Source: Octopus vulgaris
Taxonomy: Eukaryota
Length of the DNA stretch: 64,000 nucleotides
Reading direction: 5' to 3'
Assembly (NCBI GenBank): GCA_951406725.2
Contig: OX597815.1
Coordinates: 46,624,001-46,688,000, forward strand
The position numbers and the translations under genes were made by a program. The notes beneath the pieces are model-generated. The model made no database searches and had not been told where the DNA came from. It saw nothing but the letters and a program-made list of their open reading frames with translations. This document shows, one piece after another, positions 54,528 to 64,000 of the stretch; the stretch's first letter is position 1; every line of letters starts with the position of its first letter.

Positions 54528-55329
54528 ACACACAGCACACATAGACACACACCGCACACACATAGACACACACCGCACACATATATACACATTACATAAA
54601 TAGGGAGGGAGAGAGAATAAGAAAGAAAGGGAGAGTGAAAACGTGGTGTGCGTGGATGAAACTCTGCATACTTAATCATGTGCATGCAATGTTTAAAACC
54701 TAAGTTATATAATTGAAGCAAGGTACATGTACTTTCCAATTAATGCATTTAAGCAGGAAAACATCACTGCCTTAATCGTAGACCTGCTTGCACAGGACTA
54801 AGTAACACTAAACAACAATTAAAGTGGAGTGGCTCTAATTAAGAATCAACATTTGAGATAGCAAGCTAGGTCTGCTAGAAGCTTACCTGTAAGTTTAGCT
54901 TTCCCAATAGAAATCATTGGAATTGAAAGGTGGTGAAGGATCCCCAGATAATTTAGCTTTAACTTCCAGGGATACCAGATAACAAGAAGCAGTCATACAA
55001 CATATTTAATTAAAATCACCAAATCACACACCTGAAAAACTCGCTTGAAGTCATTATAACAAGGCAGTGGTTTTGCTAATTCATTAGACATTACTCCAGC
55101 GGCATTTAGTTAAGATTTTTTTTTTTTTTTTTTTTACTAATTTTGGGTTCAAACACATTCTGCAGAGATCAACTTCGCTAATAATTCTGGGATCCATAAA
55201 ATTAAAGCACCAATAATCAACCATTTCCTTCCAAAATTTTAGGCCATATGTCTACTTAAGAACTAGTTCTTACATCATATAATGCCACTATTGTTGAGAT
55301 TTTACAGAGGCAGGCTGATTGTTTTATGG

Positions 55330-57345
55330 TTTTTTACTCTAGTATTTAAGCCAGCCAAGTCTGGCCAAAATATTTTACCCATTTTATGCTCAAACCAATC
55401 AGTTTGGGTCTCTTACACCTACCTTACAATGTCATTCAAAAAATATACAATCACATCATCAAAATCTTAAAAATACAAGAGGCACAGGTATGACTGTGTG
55501 GTAAGAAGCTTGCTTCCCAGTCACATAGTACCAGGTTCAGTCCCACTGTGTGGCCCCTTGGGCAAGTGTCTTCTACTATAGCCTTGGGCTGACCAAACCT
55601 TGTGAGTGAATTTGATAGATGGAAACTGAAATAAACCAATCGTGTATGTGTATATATATATATATGTATCTGTATGCATGTCTGTATTTGTCCCCCTATC
55701 CCATCACTACTTGACAATCAATGTTGGTGTGTTTACATCCCTGTAACTTTGTGATTTGGCAAAAATGAAACCAATAGACTAAGTACTAGGCTTGGCCACA
55801 GTCAAATGATTGAAAAGAGTAAAGGAGTAATATCTGATAAATTTACAACAATATCAATAAGAATTATAATACTATTTAATCTGAATGTTAAGGGGTTAAC
55901 AGTGGCTTCTTACTTGCCCTTCTGAAATAAAACTTAGCTTTGTTGACTACTTAGGATCACACCCTGAATATAAATAACCAGTTCTAGTTTACATTAATTG
56001 TATTAATAACATTTTTTTATGACACCTTTTTTTTTTTATCCCATGGTTTCTTAACAAGTTACATAGTCATTATCTCTATATATTATTCTACTTTTCACAG
56101 CATTTGTGTATATTTGCCTTACACGCTAAACATCTTAAGTTTCAATGAAATTGAAGACATAATTCAAACATGTTGAAATAAGGTTGTGAAGTGCTATCAA
56201 TTTATGCATCCGAAGAAGATAATTAAGAAACTTAATAAAGTGAAATTTTCACAGGCCCTGATTTGTTATCAATTCCCTTAATACAAAATGTGGTAGAATT
56301 TGTAGAGTACCAAACAAAAGGCCTAGCATGATTATCTATGTTTATTCACATACTCAGTTCCAAAGTTCCACAAGTGTTGACGAAAGTAACCAATAAGCCA
56401 TTGAAAGAAACTACGATGTTCTTCATGCTGCTAGCAATAGCAGCCATGTTTCTCTCAAATCACAAATCTCAAGAGCTTATGACAAGAGATCCTAGATATG
56501 CAACATCAAAAAGAATGATAGTTGGCTAAAATTGCAAATCTCATGAACATTGGACAATGAGGTTCGTGATATACAAGATCAAAACGAAAGAATGGTAATT
56601 GGTTAAACCAACTTTGATTGGAGGTTTGCTTAACGCTTGCTACCATATTGCTGATGAAATATATACCTTTTATTTAAATTAATTTTGAAAATAGTCACAA
56701 ATTTAATAAAATAACCATTAGCATTCAGATTATTCTGTCAAATAGAAAACTTATTTATTCGCATTGTTTTGAGTGAACCATACATTATCACATAGCTTTG
56801 AGATTTCGATGATGTGATTGTCAGTTTTTAGAAAGACATTGTAGGATTGGTACGAGAGTCCAGATCTAGCCAGTTTGAACATAAACAGGTGGAATATTTT
56901 GGCCAGATTTGGCCAGTTTAAATTTTTAGGGGTTAATCATTATTAAGCTGGTATTTGAAGCAAATTAGTATGAAATTTTGCTGGACTTTAGATCATTTCA
57001 AACATCAAGTTTGTATCATAGAATCATGGATGGTCTCAAGTGGACTGATATCAAAATGGTTAAATCAAGGTGGACTCGAAGCTAAGAAACAGTGTATCAA
57101 GTCAAACACTAGGATCAATTTAAAACTGTAGCCTTGAGCTAATGTAAGAAATGAATATTACTAGTCCTATTAAACCATTAGCATTTAAACTGGCCATATC
57201 TGGCCTCTCACACCTACCCTACAATGTTATTCTAAAAATTTTAAATGACATCATTGTAATCTTGAAACATTGAGATAATGCTTAATTAAGTGAAAATAAT
57301 GTGGATCAATAAGGACTGCATTGACAGGATAATTTGAATGTTAAA
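55330..57345. mobile_element. Cluster of decayed or nested TTAA-type MITEs
   Basis: Related copies at about 55333-55898 (SINE inserted), 56712-56936 (nested inside 56631-57063) and 57170-57345. They share TAACCATTAGCATT / TAAGGGGTTAA-like ends and a CTCACACCTACCCTACAATGTCATT-like core. Confidence 0.55.
55481..55830 (+). mobile_element. SINE family A, CpG-decayed
   Basis: Consensus CG sites read TG/CA (CCAGGTTC, CTGTGTGG, CTTGGGCTGACC, TTACATCCCTGTAAC). Confidence 0.8.
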
Positions 57346-57511
57346 GCTGGCAGAATTGTGAGCATGCTGGAAAAATGTTTAGTACTATTTTGTCCATTTT
57401 TAATAATGTAATTGACTAGCCCAGCCCTCCAAATTGTGTCTATACCAGAAAGAATTATTACTAGTCTTACTGTAACCCTCAATTTTTCGATCTTAATATT
57501 AGCTCAAGTTA

Positions 57512-57720
57512 AGGCGGTGAGCTGACAATCATTACCATGATGAGCAAAATGCTTATTGATATTTTGTCTGTTTTTACATTTTGAAATCAAATTCTGCTCA
57601 GGTTGACTTTCCCTTTTGTTCTTTTGGGGGTCAATAAAATAAGTACCAGTTGAACACTGGGGGTGAACTGATTGACCCCCTTCCTATGAAATTACTTGCC
57701 TCATGTCAAAACTTGAAAGC
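57512..57720 (+). mobile_element. SINE family B, CpG-decayed
   Basis: Family B layout with nearly all CG changed to TG/CA (GGTTGACTTT, GGGGTCAATA). Confidence 0.7.
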
Positions 57721-57999
57721 AATATTAGCTCAAGCTTTTTAAAAGCTCTCCATGCAACAAACTCAAAAATCTTCATTAAATTTTAGAACTTTCAGAGTTG
57801 CTGACGACATATACAAATAAAACAATGAAATGACACAGATTATGATAAAAAATTTTGCTCTGGAGATTTCAATACTTCAAAATTTGAACTGATACTAATA
57901 TTTTTTTCAGCTCTTTTTCTTTAAGACTAGTACAGCAATTTAATTCTATTCTAAAATTCAGACAAAAAGAGAAAGACGACATGAAAATGAGAAATTACA

Positions 58000-58177
58000 G
58001 GCGCAGGAGTGGCTGTGTGGTAAATAGCCTGCTTACTAACCACATGGTTCCAGGTTCAGTCCCACTGCGTGGCACTTTGGGCAAGTGTCTTCTATTATAG
58101 CCTTGGGCCGCCCAAAGACTTGTGAGTGGGTTTGGTAGACAGAAATTGAAAGAAGCCCGTCATATATATATATGTGT

Positions 58178-58212
<35 letters not shown>

Positions 58213-58374
58213 GTCCCTGTAACTTAGCGGTTCGGCAAAAGAGACCGATAGAATAAGTACAAGGCTTACAAAGAATAAGTCCTGGGATCGATTTGCTTGA
58301 CTAAAGGGGGTGCTCCAACATGGCCGCAGTCAAATGACTGAAACAAGTAAAAGAGTAAAAAAGAGTAAAAGAGT
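58000..58374 (+). mobile_element. SINE family A, full length
   Basis: GGCGCAGGAGTGGC head and (GTAAAAGA)n tail. Confidence 0.9.
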
Positions 58375-59737
58375 AGATTCTTGTTTCTTTTAGCTTTAAT
58401 ATTGATCCAAAGACCAAATTCTACATCATCAATATCTCATTATTCATATAGCAATTCTAAAACAATAAGTTCATCCCGTTATCTAAATCCTACATCAGCT
58501 ACATCTAGACAAACACAAAGTTATATATTCCTCTAATTTTTTCGTTTTTTCTAAAGTGTTACTTTTAACTGAAGGGGAGATTTCAAAACAACACAAAAAA
58601 AATTTTAGGTAAAAAAAAAATAAAAATAGGTATTTAATTTTATCATTTAAAGATCTTGGTGAGTGAACAGACAACACCCCCTTTTTAGTGATATATTTCT
58701 TTTGTAGTATGGATGGCCACCCGAGAAGAGTTTGTTTTTAATTTCAAATGTTCTTTTGATTATGTAAGCCAAACCAATTTCTTCTTCGTCTCAGCCACAA
58801 ACAGCTATATTTATACAAGTTGTCAGAGTGCAATTTCCAACTCTTTTCAGTTGTAATTCTTAAATTCAAAAGCATTTCTAATGTGAGAATTCCACAAAAG
58901 CCAAACAGCGCCGTTATACATTCAAATGATGACATTTCAAAAACCACAGTCCTCAAAAGAATATTCAAATATACAGACAATTTCAGAAGGTTAATGTAAA
59001 CAACTGTGGTAGCTAGCCTTAACTCATTGGAAATAAGGAGAAGGAATAGCTGAAGTTATGTACATGTGTGCTTATAAAGCTGATGAAAGATATTTCCTGG
59101 TGGATGAGGAATTCCAATTTTCAGAAAGACCAAACTAAATGAAACTTGAGAATAGAAATATTCAAGTCCCTGTGAACTTTAGTAATTTCCTTACAATCAA
59201 AAAGTCAAGACACCCAACCATAAAATTCCCACATATCATTGGCATGTTAAAAGAAAATGCGTACGTGTGTGTATACATGTGTGTGTGTCAGTGTGTGTAA
59301 GTGTATAATTATGTATGCATATATTGTGTATGCTTGCGTGTATGTAAAAATCTATACAATTATGTAAATATGTGTATAATTCCTTACATATGTACTTGTG
59401 TAAATATATGTGTCTATATTTATGGGTGTATGAGTATATATATGTGTGTGTAATTGTAAAGACATATATATGATAGGCAAACACAAAGCTTTCAAAACTT
59501 AAAAAAACAAAATAGGAATTGTTGAAGGAACTGAAAATTGGTCAAATGAGAAAAAACTTTTGTATCAGAAGAAAGTATGAAAGACTCATCTCCCTTCAAA
59601 AATTGGTAGTGGGGGGAAAAACCTCCAGAAGATGAAAGGACAATTAAATAAAAGAAACAACACTAATTTATATCAGTGTTGTTATATGGAAAAAAAAAAA
59701 AAGAAACAAAAAATAAAGACAGAAATTAGAAACCTAC

Positions 59738-60213
59738 CAAGCTTGTAGCTGTAGCACTACTATCCAGACCAACTCGCTTATTTGTTACCATGACAATTAG
59801 ATGTTTATTGTTGACTAAGGGCCAAGCCCCTTCAATCTTGCAAGTTTGGCACTTATGATCGAACGTCCGTAGGTGAGGATCACCGAACAACCCACAATGT
59901 TTGTAAGCCCCTTTCCCATTGTAAATACACTCGGGGTCTGGTGGGTGTGCCGGTGGCCTCTGTATTGCATTGGTTGTGTTGTAAATATCTCCTTCAAAAG
60001 GACACTTGTACAGTTCCATCTGGCTTTTCACACGCGACTTTTCGGTGTAATACTCTAGGCTCCCCGCACAGCCGCGTGTCACTTTGTGTATGCAATGCCA
60101 GGTCGTTCGCAGAGAAATGCACGAGTGAGAGTCAGTGTTAGAGGAATCTTTGTTTCTGCTTATATGGTAAGCTGGCCAGTGCTTTTGACACATGTTCACC
60201 TTACATTCTCCAG
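59738..60213 (-). CDS. RGM: Internal coding exon of a repulsive guidance molecule (RGM/hemojuvelin family) gene: RGM N-terminal domain plus start of the vWD-like domain
   Basis: Translation GECKVNMC...CISLRTTWHCIHKVTRGCAGSLEYY...C...ECIY...HCGLFGDPHLRTFDHKCQTCKIEGAWPLVNNKHLIVMVTN...SATATSL matches the RGM signature (HCGLFGDPHLRTF..CQTCK.EGAWPL..N..L.V.VTN..SATAT). Acceptor is a T-tract plus AG at 60215-60214 (phase 1); donor is TTG|GTAGGT at 59737 (phase 0). The exon ends at the ATATSx position where vertebrate RGM genes have an intron. Confidence 0.95.
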
Positions 60214-60263
60214 CTGAAAAAAAAAAGAACATCCAAGATTAGATACAATTAGATACTCACAAA

Positions 60264-60317
<54 letters not shown>

Positions 60318-60784
60318 ATACACATGTACATACTGGTGGCAATTCCTAATAGTTAATTTAGCTAAGGCAAGTAATATTAAAAGTCTAAGCATTATAAAAG
60401 GGCACATCATGAAGAAGGGCAAAGGTTCCTCTTGTGCCACAGGCTCAGAATGCTGGTTTCCTAGATTCTGTGATATATTCCCCATTGGACAGAGTGCCAG
60501 TTTATTGGAGGATTACTCATTTTTGCTAGCGGAGTGGACTGGAGCAACATGAAAAGTGTTCTGCACAAGGATGCAATGCATTGCCCAGTCCAAGAATTGA
60601 AACCACTACCTCACAATCATTAGAGCAACATCCTAACCACTAGGCTATGCAATTCAACAGTATGATACATAGAGTATCAGTCTGTCATAAAAATGAACAA
60701 TGTACATTAAAAGTGGCATCTATTATTTGCATTTAATTTTTATATCAAAAGCATGCATTGCACACTTTTGCATTCATGCAGGTA

Positions 60785-61060
60785 TCAACTGGCACTCCGT
60801 CGGTTAAGACGGTGATGGTTCCAGTTAATCTGATCAATGGAACAGCCTGCTTGTGAAATTAATCTGCAAATGGCAGAGCAGTTCGCAGATACGTGTGCCC
60901 TTAACATAGTTCTCAGAGAGATTCAGAGAGACACAGGCAATGTCAAGGATGGCCCTTTGAAAAATAGGTACTACTCATTTTTGCCAGCTGTGTGGCCCAG
61001 AGCAATGTGAAAAAAAGTGTCTTGCTCAAAGACACACTGCTTTGCCAGGAATTGGACTCA
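60785..61060 (-). mobile_element. SINE related to family C with a different 3' tail
   Basis: Core shared with 18423-18745; tail CTCCGTCGGTT..GAC shared with a fragment at 10190-10340. Confidence 0.65.
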
Positions 61061-61115
61061 TGACCTGATAGTGGTTAAGGTAATCGTCTCACAATTAAGC
61101 CAGGTGTCACCACTG

Positions 61116-61146
<31 letters not shown>

Positions 61147-62191
61147 TGTACATAAAGACATGCGCATATATATATATATAAACACACACATATATATATA
61201 TACTTGAAATAAAAATAAATACATTAGATAAATTACAGATAATTTGGAAAGTCAACATGTTGAAGATACAATTGTGATAAAATGACTAATGCTTCCATTA
61301 TTAATTATTAGCTTACTGTTTAGAACAGATTCTAACCCTTAGCTGTCTAAAGCATTTTCGTAAGTTTCTTTCAAATGTCCATGCTTGTTTTCAGGTCTTT
61401 AGTTAGTCCTTGTTTTATACATTTTGAGTAATATAAATATTTCCTCTCATAAATCTCAAGTTATCTGGAGGTTGAAAAGCAAATTTTAATTGTATCAGAT
61501 ATGACGCATGGACACCAAGAGGAAAAAGCTATGTATCACAGCTGATACAGTGACAGGCAAAAGTTTAACAAAATGATCTTTCCTAAAATTATGATAAAAA
61601 ATGTTTTTAAATTGAGCAGTTGTATAGGATGAAGCAGAGCCAATAACTGGTTTGAACCCAAAAAACTTTAAGGAAATAGGGAAACTTAAATCATTTAGTT
61701 TTCGCCACCTCACAACATCTATATAGCTATTTTGACAACTTGTTCTCCAAATATCAGTTCGTGTCAGGTTAAATTTAAAGTAATAGCAAATGATTAAATA
61801 AATAAATAAGTTAAAAACAAAAATGAAAGAAAATAGGTTATAATTTAAATGGTTCATATATTTTTTTAACGCCCTCAGAGTGTAGAGGGGAATAACTACT
61901 AATAAGTGTAGAAATTCAACCATCTACTAAAATGGTGATCAGGTTTACATTAACCTATATACAAACATGACAATTTGAATAAACAAACCTACACCAGACA
62001 GAGCGACCTGATTATGTGTGTGTGTGTTTGTGTTATTAGTCTACTCACACCAATCACAAATGCTAGCAAATTTTAACTGCATTCAGTTTGATCAGTTTTT
62101 CTCTGAAATTTACTGTAAAATGAATATTACTAGAAATTGTAGTATATAAACTAGGATCTTCCCATAAGCTCTTGGTTTATAAACTCTTCAC

Positions 62192-62775
62192 CAGTAGTTC
62201 TTGACTGTTTTTTTTTATCTATGGACCCTTCCAATGATTACTCTCTCTTTTACTTGTTTCAGTCATTTGTCTGTGGCCATGCTGGAGGACTGCCTTTAGC
62301 CGAGCAAATCGACCCCAAGACTTATTCTTTGTAAGCCTAGTACTTCTATTGGTCTCTTTAGTCAAACTGCTAAGTTATGAGGGACATAAACACATCAGCA
62401 TTGGTTGTCAAGCGATGTTGGGGGACAAACACAGACACACAAACATATATATGATGGGCTCCTTTCAGTTTTCATGTACCAAATCCACACACAAGGCTTT
62501 GGTTGGCCTGAGGCTATAGTGGATGACACTTACCCAAGGTGTCACGCAGTGGGACTGAACCCAGAACCATGTGGTTGGTAAGCAAGCTTTTTACCACACA
62601 GCCTATATAATTAAAGATATATATTTTAATAATTAAATATTAGGAATGGCATAAAAAGAGTAGAATATTTTGTGTTGTAGAAGTATAAGCTATTTATTGC
62701 ATATCAATTTTAAAAAGAAAACCTTATATGGTGGACCTCCATGGGCCATATAAAGACCAGTTTGAGAACCCCATG
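62192..62775. mobile_element. hAT-type MITE related to 15463-15719, with a nested SINE
   Basis: CAGTAGTTCTTGAC start, TTTGAGAACC end; internal AATATTAGGAA..TATTGC..AACCTTATATGG matches the 15.5-kb copy; SINE at 62245-62603. Confidence 0.55.
62245..62603 (-). mobile_element. SINE family A, CpG-decayed
   Basis: Reverse-complement copy nested in a hAT MITE. Confidence 0.85.
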
Positions 62776-63700
62776 CTGAGAGGCAAGAGGGTTAACCTTG
62801 TGATCTAGTTGTTATTGTAAGAATACACAAAATAGGTGCAGGCGTGGCCATCACTGCCTAACAACCAGTGTTGGGGTGTTTACGTCCCTGTAACTTAGTG
62901 GTTCGGCAAAAGAAACAGAATAAGTACTAGGCTTAAAAAAGTTTTGGGGTTGATTTGACTAAAAAAAAAAAAAAACCTTCAAGGTTTGCTCCAGCTTGGC
63001 TGCAGTCAAATGACAAACAAAAGCATAAAAGAATATAAAACCATTTTACACTATCTTATAGCCAATGTGTTCATGTGCTTGTGTCTATGTATGTAAAGTG
63101 CAGTATGCAGTGTTTGTGCTTGTGCATTTTAGTATGTTTAGATTCACATGGCCACGAGAAATCTATAATCTAATTTCATGTAATAATACGATAATACGAT
63201 AATACTGTCAATAGCAAATTGACAATAACTTCCTAGAGATTGTTAACCAAGTTTTTAAACTTCATGCTGGTATGGGACTACCAGGAAAAAAAAAAAAAAA
63301 TGAAGGATTAAAAAGAGAGGAAGAAAAAAAAAAACCCCAAAAGACTACAAAGATGTTCAAAGAAATAACACACATTTCACCGAGCAAAGACTTTCACCAG
63401 CTTTCATACCAGATCTTACAAATTTCCTTAGATCTTTAAGAATTCTAGGATTTAATTAAGCTTTCTCTTTTTTTGGTCTCATAAGGGTGGTTTTCTTTTT
63501 TTTTTCTACATCTATTCTTAAACTTCATCTCATCTTCATTGTCATCATCATCATCATCATTATTATTATTATTCTAATTAACTTTGCTATTCTAACTATT
63601 GAATTTAAATATGTGCCAAGCAAATGACTACTAGTATAGGCGAAAATAGTGGAAACAAATACCAACATCAACAACAGCCACAAGATTAGTAAGACTTTAA

Positions 63701-63920
63701 CCCTTTCGTTACTAACCTGGCCAAAACTGGATCTGGTTCTGTGGTAAAATGTCTTGATTTCATAAGTTTTGAATTAAAATATTCCACCAAGCATTAGTCA
63801 CAATTTACGTTCCTAACACTAGCTTAATGATAACTAAGTTATTTTACTAAATTCTTTGTTATGTTTAAAATAATTGAAAGAAACACAGAGCATCTCAAAA
63901 TATATACAGTAATGAAAGGG
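63701..63920. mobile_element. TTAA-specific (piggyBac-type) MITE
   Basis: TTAA|CCCTTTCGTTACT ... AGTAATGAAAGGG|TTAA: 13-bp TIR with one mismatch and a TTAA TSD on both sides. Confidence 0.8.
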
Positions 63921-64000
63921 TTAAATGTCAACTGATACTTTGAATATTCTTGCAAGATTTCTCCGAGAAAAAAAACAAAAACATGGTAAACTTGTTATAT

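Noticed and set aside
54887-55031. Possible 145-nt minus-strand cassette exon (TTTTTCAG acceptor, CAG|GTAAGC donor) reading VCDLVILIKYVV*
   Set aside because: In-frame stop after 12 codons, weak pyrimidine tract and no clear RGM homology. Such site pairs arise by chance; RNA evidence would be needed.
60249-60485. ORF with a signal-peptide-like stretch (MLRLLILLALAKL) and a GTGAGT donor just upstream of the RGM exon
   Set aside because: The donor is phase 0 while the acceptor needs phase 1, the intron would be only about 47 nt, and the ORF runs through a (CA)n tract.

Overview
This is AT-rich, microsatellite-dense animal DNA. It is most likely octopus (coleoid cephalopod), judged from its tRNA-derived SINE families. 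The only convincing coding sequence is one 476-nt internal exon of a repulsive guidance molecule (RGM) gene on the minus strand (59738-60213). It has the N-terminal cysteine domain and the GDPH autocleavage motif, but the vertebrate RGD reads AGS. No other RGM exon is visible, so most of the window is probably a very long intron or intergenic DNA. It holds at least four SINE-like families, non-autonomous Helitrons, a Helentron/DINE-type element, and hAT-, mariner- and TTAA(piggyBac)-type MITEs. The most striking unannotated signal is a dispersed set of minimal type I hammerhead ribozyme motifs: a canonical one at 7328-7381, a good one at 38195-38273, core variants at 50926-50979 and 9088-9128, and several decayed or half copies. 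They are often linked to (TA)n-embedded fold-back insertions that look like Penelope-like pLTR remnants, including a perfect 157-bp-arm palindrome whose axis falls inside a hammerhead. Also noted: a pre-miRNA-like hairpin (53385-53486), a switch to CpG-decayed sequence at about 54 kb, a SINE dimer junction repeated at two loci, and inverted SINEs flanking the RGM exon. All alignments, folds and counts were done by eye; no database search was run. The other ORFs in the track appear to be microsatellite, SINE or chance artefacts.
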